From positions 29,614 through 93,613 of the forward strand of contig DATDWL010000004.1 in the NCBI GenBank assembly GCA_035289645.1: a DNA stretch of 64,000 nt. Direction: 5' to 3'. The DNA is from Candidatus Peribacterales bacterium (GTDB lineage: Bacteria; Patescibacteriota; Gracilibacteria; Peribacterales; Peribacteraceae). The notes under the pieces were generated by a model. The model ran no database searches. It had not been told where the DNA came from and saw nothing but the letters and a program-made list of their open reading frames with translations. Positions 1 through 9,671 of the stretch are shown piece after piece (position 1 is the first letter of the stretch; each line of letters begins with the position of its first letter). The position numbers were made by a program, and so were the translations under genes.

Positions 1-292
1 CACCATCGTTAATTTTATCTATCCACAATACGTGATGTTCATTTCCCCGAACGACTATCAGTTCCCAGCGTTTGTATTTATGGTGATGGCCATCGTTGCA
101 GGAAAACCGGGTAGCGTTCTCGGCGTTACGCTCTCCACTGTCCTCCTCATTGTCCTCAAAGAAGCACTCCGCTTTGTACCGCTTGCCCCCTCCATCCTTG
201 GACCCGTGAGACTGATCCTCTTTGGCCTCATTTTGTTTGGCGCAGTATATTGGAGAAGGGATGTGTTGTTTCCGCAGAGACGGAGTGTGTAG
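1..292 (+). CDS. Branched-chain amino acid ABC transporter permease (LivM-like), 3' part only
   Basis: Hydrophobic C-terminal segment FISP...MAIVAGKPGSVLG...EALRF...RLILFGLIL resembles the LivM C-terminus; truncated by the window edge. Confidence 0.7.
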   Translation, partial: TIVNFIYPQYVMFISPNDYQFPAFVFMVMAIVAGKPGSVLGVTLSTVLLIVLKEALRFVPLAPSILGPVRLILFGLILFGAVYWRRDVLFPQRRSV

Positions 293-328
293 GACATGGC
301 ACGCGTCCCATATGCTACTATTCCACCG

Positions 329-1297
329 ATGAACCTTGCGCAAGAGCTCCTCGGCATCCGCTTTAAAAACCCCACAGTCCTCGCCTCCGGCATTTGGGGC
401 ATTACCGCCAGCAGTTGGCAGGAAGTTGCACGGAACGGTGCGGGAGCAGTGACGACAAAATCGCTTTGGGCCAAGGAGCACAAGGGCAATCCCAATCCGA
501 CGATTATTTCCACCGAGCATTGGATGTTGAATGCCGTGGGTGTTCCAGATGCAGGACCAGAGAAAGCGCGTGAAGAAATTGGTGAATATATGAAGCAACA
601 TCCTGCTCCCTTGATCGCGAATATCATCGGACTCTCGGCTGAAGAATTTGCGGAGATCGCGCGCGCACTTGCACCACTAAAACCCGATGCATTCGAAGTG
701 AACCTCTCCACCCCGACTTTTCTCAAACTCCGTGGAAAACTGTTTGCAGAGGACGAAAAGGAAGTGGCAGAAATTCTCGGGAGTGTGAGGAAAGAAATTG
801 GTTCCATACCCATGTTCGTGAAGCTGACACCGAATGTTCCAAACATCGGAGAAATCGCGAACGCAGCAGTACGAGCGGGAGCCGATGGAATCACGGCGAT
901 TAATACTGTAGGTCCCGGCATGGCGATTGATCTAAAGAGCCGTATGCCAATTCTCGCCGCGCACAAAGGAGGACTCTCTGGTCCCGCATTAAAGCCGATC
1001 GCCATTCGCTGCATTGCAGAAATCTACGAGGCAACGGAGGGAAAGGTTCCGATCATCGGCACGGGAGGTGTGTACACGGGATTAGATGCCATCGAACTCA
1101 TGCTCGCAGGCGCATCGCTCGTTGGCATTGGAACAGCGATCGGCGATCGCGGTGCGACTATCTTTGCCGATGTCTGCCGCGAGATCGAAACATGGTGCGA
1201 TCAGGAAGGAGTGAATGACATCAAAGAACTTGTTGGCAGCATGCATGCAGAACTAAAGAAGCGCGGCATTGCAGGAACATCCATGAAGCACGCATAA
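329..1297 (+). CDS. pyrD: Dihydroorotate dehydrogenase B, catalytic subunit
   Basis: Motifs KNPTVLASG, GAVTTKS, VKLTPN, AINT, GGLSG, IIGTGGV; start placed at ATG 329 after TACTAT. Confidence 0.93.
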   Translation: MNLAQELLGIRFKNPTVLASGIWGITASSWQEVARNGAGAVTTKSLWAKEHKGNPNPTIISTEHWMLNAVGVPDAGPEKAREEIGEYMKQHPAPLIANIIGLSAEEFAEIARALAPLKPDAFEVNLSTPTFLKLRGKLFAEDEKEVAEILGSVRKEIGSIPMFVKLTPNVPNIGEIANAAVRAGADGITAINTVGPGMAIDLKSRMPILAAHKGGLSGPALKPIAIRCIAEIYEATEGKVPIIGTGGVYTGLDAIELMLAGASLVGIGTAIGDRGATIFADVCREIETWCDQEGVNDIKELVGSMHAELKKRGIAGTSMKHA

Positions 1298-1298
1298 C

Positions 1299-2204
1299 AT
1301 GGTGAAGGTGTCGCTTCAGAATAGGCTCCCCACCACCTACCGCGTCGCCGCCATACGTCAGGAAACAGAACATGTGAAGACCTTCACATTCCCCGTGAGT
1401 TTTGGTGCTCTTCCGGGACAATTCATTATGGTATGGCTCCCGGGGTTTGATGAAGTGCCGATGAGTGTTGCCATGGATGATGGCACGGTGACAAAAATGA
1501 CGTTTTTCGATGTCGGCGATTTGACGAAGGAACTTTTTAAGTTAACGAAAGGAGATCTGGTGGGGCTTCGCGGTCCGTTTGGTACGCACTACGAATGGGA
1601 GAAAAACCAGCATTTGATCCTTGTCGCCGGCGGTTATGGCGCCGCTCCCATGTACTTTGTCGCTCAGGAAGCAGTGAAGGATGGTTGCACAGTTGATTTT
1701 GTCGTCGGTGCACGCGGAAAAGAACACCTCCTCTATCTCGATGAAATCAAAGGGCTGAAGAATACGACGCTCCATATTGCAACGGATGATGGATCGGTGG
1801 GGCATAAGGGGTATAACACGGAGGTATTGGAGAAGTTGCTTCATGAAAATGCTTCGTCTCCGCGCCGCAGTGTCATGCTGAGCGAAGTGAGCGAAGCGAA
1901 CGAAGACGAAGCACATGTGCGGCGCTCCGCTCAGCATGACACTTTTTTATCAGTCTTCGCCTGCGGTCCGGAAATGATGATGAAGCGGATCTCCGTGATC
2001 TGTGCAGAACGAAATGTCCCCTGCTTTATGAGTTTGGAGCGCTACATGAAGTGCGGCTACGGCCTCTGCGGCAATTGCGTAGTGGACCCCTTAGGCATTC
2101 GCCTCTGTACTGATGGCCCCGTTGTTTCGAACGATATCATTCAAAGCATCAAAGAATTCGGCACATACCACAGGGACGCACTCGGGAAAAAACACAATTT
2201 TTAA
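1299..2204 (+). CDS. pyrK: Dihydroorotate dehydrogenase electron transfer subunit, with an in-frame palindromic insert
   Basis: PGQFIMVW, RGPFG, VAGGYGAAP, ACGP, and ERYMKCGYGLCGNC...LCTDGPV 2Fe-2S motif; adjacent to pyrD. Confidence 0.93.
   Translation: MVKVSLQNRLPTTYRVAAIRQETEHVKTFTFPVSFGALPGQFIMVWLPGFDEVPMSVAMDDGTVTKMTFFDVGDLTKELFKLTKGDLVGLRGPFGTHYEWEKNQHLILVAGGYGAAPMYFVAQEAVKDGCTVDFVVGARGKEHLLYLDEIKGLKNTTLHIATDDGSVGHKGYNTEVLEKLLHENASSPRRSVMLSEVSEANEDEAHVRRSAQHDTFLSVFACGPEMMMKRISVICAERNVPCFMSLERYMKCGYGLCGNCVVDPLGIRLCTDGPVVSNDIIQSIKEFGTYHRDALGKKHNF
1869..1943. repeat. Palindromic element, type A (GTCATGCTGAGCG ends), inside pyrK
   Basis: Perfect 16-bp inverted repeat agtgtcatgctgagcg (1869-1884) / cgctcagcatgacact (1928-1943). 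Confidence 0.9.
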
Positions 2205-2205
2205 C

Positions 2206-2304
2206 ACGTCATGCCAAGCGAAAGCACGCTTTTCTCGGGCGAGTGAATCCGCCGTGGTGGACGAATCAATCGAGAGACAATGTGCTGAAGCCAAAGCACA
2301 TCGC
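2206..2304 (+). repeat. Degenerate type A arm with a nested degenerate type B arm
   Basis: acgtcatgccaagcg ... aagcacatcgc encloses ttctcgggcgagtgaatccgccgtggtggacgaatcaatcgagagac (about 2232-2278), which resembles 25728-25775. Confidence 0.7.
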
Positions 2305-2322
2305 AACCGAAATAATATTCTC

Positions 2323-2655
2323 CTAAACCTTAGGCGATCCTTCGATTCCATCTGAATGATGGAGGAGAAAAAGCCTGCGCCATACATCCAGAGCGGCTGC
2401 TGCCACGATAAGAATCATCGCTGCGAACAGTACTCCAAACACGGCGCTCGAATTCTCTGTAACGGCATCACGCACCTGTATATACGACGCAGAATCCTTG
2501 ACGATAGAAGGCAATATCGAAGCACTCATATCCGTGGGGCTGACAGAAAATTGTGTATTACTTGTAAAGAGTCCGTAGAAGAAGAAAAGGACACCCGCAA
2601 CCGCAAGTGAAACCGCAGAGAGCCTTAAACGACGATCAACATCAATAGTGTTCAT
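2323..2655 (-). CDS. Hypothetical membrane protein (2 TM)
   Basis: 110-aa ORF with two hydrophobic segments. Confidence 0.55.
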   Translation of the reverse strand: MNTIDVDRRLRLSAVSLAVAGVLFFFYGLFTSNTQFSVSPTDMSASILPSIVKDSASYIQVRDAVTENSSAVFGVLFAAMILIVAAAALDVWRRLFLLHHSDGIEGSPKV

Positions 2656-2756
2656 GTGTGTGTTTGATATCGGGATATCATAGCAGAATCACCAGTTTTA
2701 GCCAAGAGGATGGGTACAGGAGAGTTTTACGGAGGATGCGATCTAGTAGATTTCCT

Positions 2757-2784
2757 TTGACATGCCCATTCGCTATGGCATAAT
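2757..2784 (+). promoter_or_regulatory. Sigma70-type promoter
   Basis: TTGACA (2757-2762), 16-nt spacer ending in TGg, CATAAT (2779-2784). Confidence 0.65.
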
Positions 2785-2868
2785 CGGGTCAACAGGATCC
2801 TTCGTCTAGTGCCAGTACGGTAACGGGAAGGAGAACTGTCACTCTTATTTTCCTTCTCTTTCTCTCGT

Positions 2869-3156
2869 ATGGCTGATCAGGAGATCACATGCCGCGACTG
2901 CGGCGCTACATTCACCTTCACAGAAGGTGAGCAGGAATTCTACGCGACGAAGGACCTCTCCGCTCCACAGCGGTGCAAGGCCTGTCGCGACAAGCGTAAG
3001 TCCGACCGCAATGGCGGTGGAGGACCACGCCAAATGCACGATGCCGTGTGTGCAAAATGCGGCAACTCGTGCCAAGTCCCATTTAAGCCACGTCCCGTGG
3101 AGGAAGGCGGTAAGCCTGTCCTCTGCCGCGACTGCTTTATGGCGGAGCGCGGTTAA
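2869..3156 (+). CDS. Zinc-ribbon / CxxC-x17-CxxC domain protein
   Basis: ITCRDCGATFTFTEGEQEFY...PQRCKACR and CAKCG...VPFKP...VLCRDCF. Confidence 0.88.
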   Translation: MADQEITCRDCGATFTFTEGEQEFYATKDLSAPQRCKACRDKRKSDRNGGGGPRQMHDAVCAKCGNSCQVPFKPRPVEEGGKPVLCRDCFMAERG

Positions 3157-3173
3157 TCACCACGATTCGTAAG

Positions 3174-3205
3174 AAAAAGAGGGACCGAAAGGTTCCTCTT
3201 TTTTT
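3174..3205. terminator. Rho-independent terminator, probably bidirectional
   Basis: aaaaagagggacc-gaaa-ggttcctcttttttt between convergent genes. Confidence 0.8.
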
Positions 3206-3324
3206 ATGAAGTGGTGTCTATAAGAAAAGAAGCTCAAAGATATTGAAAAAAAGCATGGCTTCTAACCATAGAGACTCCGGGGTTTCCCACTTATCCACTC
3301 TATCCGTCGTTCAGATGATAAAGC

Positions 3325-3885
3325 CTACCTCCTCTTCATCATAAAGAACGCCCCGATCGCATTCAAAAGAAATACGGTAAACGCCATGAGTGGAATCGTG
3401 ATGTAATCGAAACTGAAGAAGGGTGAGGCAGCACAGGAAACACCCGTATCATCACAGGGCTCCAACGCATCTACATTCCCTGCTTTGACTTCGAACACGG
3501 CTTGGATCTGCTCGGAGTAATGATATGCGGCGATGATTCCACCGATGACCGCGAGGATGAGGATGTACGGCGCAATGCCGCGATCCTTCTTCCAGAGTGC
3601 AAACCCAAGGAGCAGAACCTGCGGATACATAAATATTCGTTGGAGCCAACACAGCTTGCAGGGTGTCCACAGTGCGATCTCCGAGAAGTAGAGGCTCCCT
3701 GCGGTTGCGAGGGTGGCAGTGATGAGCATGAGGAGAAGTCCATGGGATGAAACCCACGAAATAACTGCGTCAGCGCGAGTGGATTTCTTTTGAAACAGGT
3801 AGGAGGCGATAAGAAGAATCGCAAGAACTTGGCCCACAATCGTGAGTATCGCGTACGACCGAACAATGACATCCGTCAGGAACAT
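3325..3885 (-). CDS. Disulfide bond formation protein (DsbB/BdbC family)
   Basis: GSLYFSE...PCKLCWLQRIFMYP, second Cys pair, TIPLMA. Confidence 0.9.
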   Translation of the reverse strand: MFLTDVIVRSYAILTIVGQVLAILLIASYLFQKKSTRADAVISWVSSHGLLLMLITATLATAGSLYFSEIALWTPCKLCWLQRIFMYPQVLLLGFALWKKDRGIAPYILILAVIGGIIAAYHYSEQIQAVFEVKAGNVDALEPCDDTGVSCAASPFFSFDYITIPLMAFTVFLLNAIGAFFMMKRR

Positions 3886-3999
3886 GCGACTATTCTATGC
3901 TCCACTGCGAAGCCGCTGCAACATGCGCTGTGTGCAGCCTCCTTGCCATGCTCTGCGTTTATGGAATATCGTACACAGGATTTCTTCCCCATCACTCCC

Positions 4000-4497
4000 A
4001 TGGATACCCCCAATGCAAATCTCACGGACGCTGCAACCAAACACATGAATGCCCTGGAATCATGGATGGCTCCGCTCTTCGCAAAAACGCCGCATCTCCC
4101 CGCTAATATCCGGGAAACATTGGCCAGCATAGCGCCATGGGCAGCACTCATCTTCGGCATTATGGGAGTACTTGGAATTTTCAGTATTTTAAGCTTCTTG
4201 CCCATGCTCACTTCAATGCCGTTCGTTGGCATGGCAGGCCTTGGAAAACTGTATCCTATGATAATCGTTGCCACTCTTATCGGCGGCTTAGCTGCGGTAC
4301 TTGATCTCCTCGCATTCAAACCGCTCAAAGCACGAAAGAAGAAAGGGTGGAGTCTGATCTTCTATGGGAATACGCTCTCCGCGCTTTCCGCAATCCTCAA
4401 CATCATCTTTGGGTACAGCGGCAACTTTGGAGGAATCATCACCGTACTCATTGGGTTCTGGCTCCTGTTTGAAGTACGCGATTTGTACCGGGAATAG
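4000..4497 (+). CDS. Hypothetical membrane protein
   Basis: Four hydrophobic segments; start chosen at ATG 4000. Confidence 0.7.
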   Translation: MDTPNANLTDAATKHMNALESWMAPLFAKTPHLPANIRETLASIAPWAALIFGIMGVLGIFSILSFLPMLTSMPFVGMAGLGKLYPMIIVATLIGGLAAVLDLLAFKPLKARKKKGWSLIFYGNTLSALSAILNIIFGYSGNFGGIITVLIGFWLLFEVRDLYRE

Positions 4498-4545
4498 AGG
4501 ATCTGCGTGATTCCGCGATTAGCAGAACAGCCGTATACTTCCGCC

Positions 4546-5235
4546 ATGTTTACGTACTTGCTCTCGTTCTTCCAAGGCCTTGCGGCCTCCATGCCGCTCG
4601 AATGGTTTGCATTCCTCGGATCGATCACAGAAGAAGTGATAGCACCGATCCCCTCCTTTGTCGTCATGGCAGTTGCAGGAATGGCCGCTACCGCTCAGCA
4701 GTATTCCCTCGCTGGCATTGTGTTCCTCGCGGTACTTGGCGCAGCAGGTAAAACTATTGGTGCGTGGCTGCTTTATATCCTCGGCGATAAGGCGGAAGAT
4801 TTTGTACTGGGACACTGGGGGAAAAAACTCGGCCTCTCGCATACGGCAGTGGAACACATGGGCGATCGGCTCGGGAAAGGATGGAAAGATGATCTCCTCC
4901 TCTTTTTTCTCCGTGCAATCCCTGCGATTCCAAGTGCGCCGATTTCGATCTTGTGTGGAGTTATTCGTCTACGACGACGAACATTCATTTTCGTGACGTT
5001 CCTCGGGTGCTTTGTCCGTGATCTTGCCTTCGTGTGTGTCGGATATTTTGGCACGGAAACTCTCATGGCAAACGCACGTCAGTTGGAGCAAATCGAAACG
5101 ATCCTCACTATCGGTGTCATTCTCCTCGTCATCGGTTTCATCGGCTGGTGCTACATGCGCCGGAGCCGCGGCAAGCCGCTCCCGTTCCTTGGAAGCCTGA
5201 GCAATGGGATAAATGGAGGCAAAGACAAATCATAG
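4546..5235 (+). CDS. DedA/VTT (SNARE-associated) family membrane protein
   Basis: EEVIAPIPS, GAWLLYILG, LRAIPAIP; TATACT 6 nt upstream of ATG 4546. Confidence 0.85.
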   Translation: MFTYLLSFFQGLAASMPLEWFAFLGSITEEVIAPIPSFVVMAVAGMAATAQQYSLAGIVFLAVLGAAGKTIGAWLLYILGDKAEDFVLGHWGKKLGLSHTAVEHMGDRLGKGWKDDLLLFFLRAIPAIPSAPISILCGVIRLRRRTFIFVTFLGCFVRDLAFVCVGYFGTETLMANARQLEQIETILTIGVILLVIGFIGWCYMRRSRGKPLPFLGSLSNGINGGKDKS

Positions 5236-5270
5236 AAGAGTATCTCAACACGTTATAATGTGTTCACAAA

Positions 5271-5478
5271 CGTCATGCTGAGCGGAGTGGAGCGCCCGAT
5301 AGGGCGCGGAGCGCAGTCGAAGCACATCGCGAGGGTGAATTATATCATCATCAGCCTTCATATGAATTATGGTACATACACCAAACGGTGATGTTTGATG
5401 GAAGTGAGTGATCAGTCGCGACGTGCTTCGACTTCGCCCTTCGTCCGCCATGGGCGGACTCGGGCTTCGCTCAGCATG
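5271..5478. repeat. Type A arm pair (REPIN/MITE-like) around an AT-rich spacer
   Basis: cgtcatgctgagcg...agtcgaagcacatcgcga [spacer] tcgcgacgtgcttcgact...cgctcagcatg. Confidence 0.9.
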
Positions 5479-5600
5479 GGCATCTCGGTCTAAAACTTTA
5501 CCTTTGAGTCCCAGACAGCGTTCTTGAGGATAGGGTTTTGGAGAACCGAGGGCAGCACGGTCGCAGCTCTAAGCCAAAAGAAAAAATCTAAAGAAAACGC

Positions 5601-5629
5601 TTGAAATACGTTTCTTCATAAAGTACCAT
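5601..5629 (+). promoter_or_regulatory. Possible sigma70 promoter
   Basis: TTGAAA, 17-nt spacer, TACCAT. Confidence 0.45.
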
Positions 5630-5673
5630 ATGTACGTATTTACGATCATTTGTACTTTATTCCACCATTCTCT

Positions 5674-6528
5674 ATGGATAACCGTGATCTGAAAATCTCA
5701 ATTTCAGGAGGAAACCTAAACTTTGAGAATTATATAGGGCTTTCTCAGGCAGGGCAAATTATGACATTTCTTGGTACTCAATCATACAGTCCGCAAAGTC
5801 AAAATTCTTCAGCAAAGCAGATGCCTGCGCAAATTGGTCTCCAGACAAATACCGTGAAACTTTCACCCAGGGAGTTTCTCGACGACTGCCAGGCGCGAAG
5901 TTATCCGCAAATCATACTTGCTCTTGGCAAATATTTCCTCACACATCGCTCTTCTGCTGGCGAGCAACATTTTTCAACGAAAGAAATTCAAGTTCTCATG
6001 CGCGAGGCGAAGGAACCACCCTCTACGAATCTCAGTAGAGATTTCGGACGAGCAGCTGAGGCTGGCTGGATTTCTGATGAAACAAAGGGGAAATATTGGA
6101 TCACGACAACAGGTGAAAAGGCTCTTGATTCCAAGTTTGAAGAACCCCGAAAAGCTGGCACTAGAAATTCAAGACCAGGTGCAGCACCCACAAGTGCTTT
6201 GCGTGCAGAAGTTGAGACCTTAGAAATCGTTGCCGAGATGGAAAATCTCCCCGAGTACTGGGCTTTCGGCAGCGAGAAGAGAGAAAAAATTCTATGGATT
6301 CTTGCTGCTGCTAAAAAACTCGGGATCAATGGCCTGACCGGTGCCGAAGTGAATTTCATTGCGACTAAAAAGCTCACCGACGAGCCATTCTCAAGTGTAA
6401 ATATGCTTGCAAAGAGTCTGCAAAAAGACAGCCTTGCCATCAACGAAAAGGGAACTTATCGGATCCTAGGCAAAGGAGAAAAATTGATGCAGGGCATAAA
6501 ATCTGAACTCCTCCCGTCGCATGAGTAG
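5674..6528 (+). CDS. Hypothetical protein, possibly two winged-helix-like modules
   Basis: Long AT-richer ORF with similar segments GKYWITTTGEKAL and GTYRILGKGEKLM. Confidence 0.65.
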   Translation: MDNRDLKISISGGNLNFENYIGLSQAGQIMTFLGTQSYSPQSQNSSAKQMPAQIGLQTNTVKLSPREFLDDCQARSYPQIILALGKYFLTHRSSAGEQHFSTKEIQVLMREAKEPPSTNLSRDFGRAAEAGWISDETKGKYWITTTGEKALDSKFEEPRKAGTRNSRPGAAPTSALRAEVETLEIVAEMENLPEYWAFGSEKREKILWILAAAKKLGINGLTGAEVNFIATKKLTDEPFSSVNMLAKSLQKDSLAINEKGTYRILGKGEKLMQGIKSELLPSHE

Positions 6529-6899
6529 TAAAAGAAAGAAATCACCGGGAGAAAATGGGGTGTGCGGCAGTACCAAATATGACGTTGATCGAGAGTTCTC
6601 AAAAAGTCATCCAAGGAAGTATTTCCTTATTCGCGTAGTTGAAGCGCTTGCAATGCCGTAGATACTTTGGTCATTAACAAAATTGCCTGCGATTGCTGCA
6701 ACATGGGAAACGGTTAAAGGTCATCTTTCTTGATGGTCTGGATCGACTATCTGTGCTCCAGAGGCAGCACGGTCGCGTGCACATGTTGGCTGACGTAAGG
6801 AGATTCTCATCTCTGGGTATCTCCCACTCAAAATCACTCAAAACCGTAACCATTCCCCTATTCAAACTCCAAAAATCGGGTAGTATGGGCGCTCTTTGT

Positions 6900-8693
6900 A
6901 TGGATATACGAAATATCGCCATCATCGCGCACGTCGATCACGGGAAAACCACCCTCGTTGATGCACTGCTGAAACAGGGCGGCGCGTATGCTGCGCACGA
7001 GGAGGCCAAAGAACTCGCGATGGACAGTAACGAACAGGAGCGCGAGCGCGGCATTACGATCTATGCAAAAAACACGTCGATTCGCTACAAAGATACGAAG
7101 ATCAATATTGTGGATACACCCGGCCATGCGGATTTTGGCAGCGAAGTAGAGCGCATCCTCCGTATGGTCGATTGCGTACTCTTGCTTGTGGATGCACAGG
7201 AAGGACCCATGCCGCAAACCAAGTTCGTGCTAAAGAAATCACTGGAACTTGGAATTAAGCCAATCGTCGTCATCAACAAAATTGATAAGCCCGCAGCAGA
7301 ACCACTGGAAGCTGTTGATATGGTGTTTGATCTCTTTGGGAAACTTGGCGCGAATGACGAGCAACTCGATTTCCCCTACATCTTCGCGATTGCGCGCCAA
7401 GGCATCGCCAAAAGAAAACTGGAGGACGAAAGCACGAACTTAAATCCCCTCTTCGATCTGATCCTCGAGCACGTACAAAAGGCGAAGCAGAACGTTGATG
7501 CACCACTGCGCATGCAACCGAGCAGTCTTGCCTACGATGAATACGTCGGACGCATGGGGGTGGGGAGAATTTACGAAGGCAAAGCAAGTGTGGGGCAAAC
7601 CGTCACCGTTCTTACGCCAAGCGGCGGCAAACGCACCGGCCGCATTACCAAAATGTTTCAGCCGATCGGCTTAAAGCGCATGGAGGTGCAGGAAGCTTTG
7701 GCAGGCGACATTGTGACGATCGCGGGCATTCCCGATATCTACGTGGGAGAAACAATTGCGAGTTCTCCCGATGTCGATCCCCTCCCGGCAATCACCGTGG
7801 ATCCGCCGACGATCAGCATGAATTTCCTCGTCAATAACTCGCCATTTGCGGGGAAGGAAGGGACAAAACTCACAACGCGCGAAATCCGCGCTCGGCTCGA
7901 GCGCGAATGCGAAACGAACGTGGGTCTCCATATCGAACCCGTTGCAGGATCGGATAGCTTTAAAGTCTCCGGCCGCGGCGAACTGCACCTTGCCGTGCTC
8001 ATCGAAGCCATGCGCCGCGAAGGATTCGAGCTACAAGTGTCGCGGCCGGAAGTGATCTTCCGTGAAATCGATGGAAAGATCTGCGAACCGATGGAACACG
8101 TGATTGTGGATACCCCGGAAGAATTTAGCGGCAACATCATTACCATGCTCTCTCGCAGGAAAGGCGAAATGCAGGACATGCGCACAAATTTGGGACACAC
8201 AAAGATGGAGTTCATCATTCCAACCCGCGGCCTCCTCGGGCTCCGTGGAGACTTTATCGTGGAGACAAAGGGCGAAGGAATTTTGAATCATTCGTTTTTG
8301 AAGTTCGAACCGGAGAAGGGTCCGATTCCCGCCCGCACTTCCGGCTCCATCATGAGCATGATCACAGGCGAAGCCGTGGCATTCGCGCTCTGGAACTTAC
8401 AGGAGCGCGGTCAACTCTTCATCAAACCGCAGACACAGGTCTACGAAGGCATGATCATCGGAGAATCGAGTAAATCCGAGGACATTGCTGTGAATCCGAT
8501 CAAAGAGAAGAAGTTGAGCAATATGCGCTCATCGGGGGCGGATGAAGCAATCAATCTGACTCCGGTGCAGGAGATGACATTGGAGCAAGCGCTCGAATAC
8601 GTCGCCGATGATGAACTCGTGGAAATTACGCCCACAACGATTCGCCTGAGGAAGAAGCTGCTGACGGAGAATGAGAGGAAACGAGCGAAATAG
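6900..8693 (+). CDS. typA: Translational GTPase TypA/BipA
   Basis: IRNIAIIAHVDHGKTTLVD, ERGITI, DTPGHADF, GRGELHL, C-terminal DELVEITP. Confidence 0.97.
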   Translation: MDIRNIAIIAHVDHGKTTLVDALLKQGGAYAAHEEAKELAMDSNEQERERGITIYAKNTSIRYKDTKINIVDTPGHADFGSEVERILRMVDCVLLLVDAQEGPMPQTKFVLKKSLELGIKPIVVINKIDKPAAEPLEAVDMVFDLFGKLGANDEQLDFPYIFAIARQGIAKRKLEDESTNLNPLFDLILEHVQKAKQNVDAPLRMQPSSLAYDEYVGRMGVGRIYEGKASVGQTVTVLTPSGGKRTGRITKMFQPIGLKRMEVQEALAGDIVTIAGIPDIYVGETIASSPDVDPLPAITVDPPTISMNFLVNNSPFAGKEGTKLTTREIRARLERECETNVGLHIEPVAGSDSFKVSGRGELHLAVLIEAMRREGFELQVSRPEVIFREIDGKICEPMEHVIVDTPEEFSGNIITMLSRRKGEMQDMRTNLGHTKMEFIIPTRGLLGLRGDFIVETKGEGILNHSFLKFEPEKGPIPARTSGSIMSMITGEAVAFALWNLQERGQLFIKPQTQVYEGMIIGESSKSEDIAVNPIKEKKLSNMRSSGADEAINLTPVQEMTLEQALEYVADDELVEITPTTIRLRKKLLTENERKRAK

Positions 8694-8765
8694 TGCTACA
8701 GAAGGCATCGATGCAATACTCGAGGAAGAAATTGAATACAACGGTATTTACGGTAGATTGCCTCT

Positions 8766-9644
8766 ATGCTCGGTCCCACTTCTGCCGCTGAGAGTGAATT
8801 GCCATTTGATATCGATACTGTGCTGCCAACAAGAGATTTTGATCATCATATAGGCGCAAAAAGAGCAAACCCCGCAGAATATTTCACTCCAACGCTAGAG
8901 CATGATGTTGTCATTACAGAGCGTCGACAAATCCTTGCAGAACATCCCGAACGTCACATAGGCATGGATGAAGACGCTGGAGATTTACTTGTGTCGACTA
9001 TTGTATGGGCAAAAGCAAATTCTATTTTGCCAGATGATGTAATACAAAAACTTGATAAGGAACAAAGCCTGCAGGAAAAACTTGCGATTCTTGCGTGTAC
9101 ATGGGAACCGGATTTTCTTCTTCTTGGACAAAATGAGAGCCAATTTTTTCTGAGGGGGGGGGTTGTCTGCTTTCCTTCAAACTGGGACTTTACACAAAAA
9201 ATTAATCATCCTCTCGAACAAATTCATCAGATTGTTCCTCGATTAAATGAATGTATAGGGAAGAATATCGCTACTTTTCTTGCTCGCATGAGGGACGGAA
9301 TATCTTGGCAACGGGTCAATTGGGGCATGAGCTCCTCACCAAAAAAAAATAATCACCCAGCATTAGGCATGCCGCGCCTACAAGCCTCAACGCCATTAGA
9401 TAGCGTGTCATTCCGAGTGGAAGAGCAATTACTGCAAAGTCTGCCATCAAACGGTCTGTTGTTTGGAATTCATGTACGACGAACAAATCTTCGCAATGTG
9501 CTCAATAATCCGAAAGCGGCAGCAGGCCTCAACCAAGCACTCGCAACTATGAATGAGGAAATGGCGCGCTACAAAGGCATCGCAGATATCCGGCAGACTA
9601 TTATTGATGATATCAACGAGCAGCCTCAAAAAAAACTGAACTGA
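8766..9644 (+). CDS. DUF3445 / heme-dependent oxidative N-demethylase alpha-subunit-like protein
   Basis: GGVVCFPSNW...KI..PLEQIH..VP, RVNW, FRVEEQ.L..LP...LFGIH. Confidence 0.75.
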   Translation: MLGPTSAAESELPFDIDTVLPTRDFDHHIGAKRANPAEYFTPTLEHDVVITERRQILAEHPERHIGMDEDAGDLLVSTIVWAKANSILPDDVIQKLDKEQSLQEKLAILACTWEPDFLLLGQNESQFFLRGGVVCFPSNWDFTQKINHPLEQIHQIVPRLNECIGKNIATFLARMRDGISWQRVNWGMSSSPKKNNHPALGMPRLQASTPLDSVSFRVEEQLLQSLPSNGLLFGIHVRRTNLRNVLNNPKAAAGLNQALATMNEEMARYKGIADIRQTIIDDINEQPQKKLN

Positions 9645-9671
9645 GTGGTCAAAAAATATTAAGAACTGACA

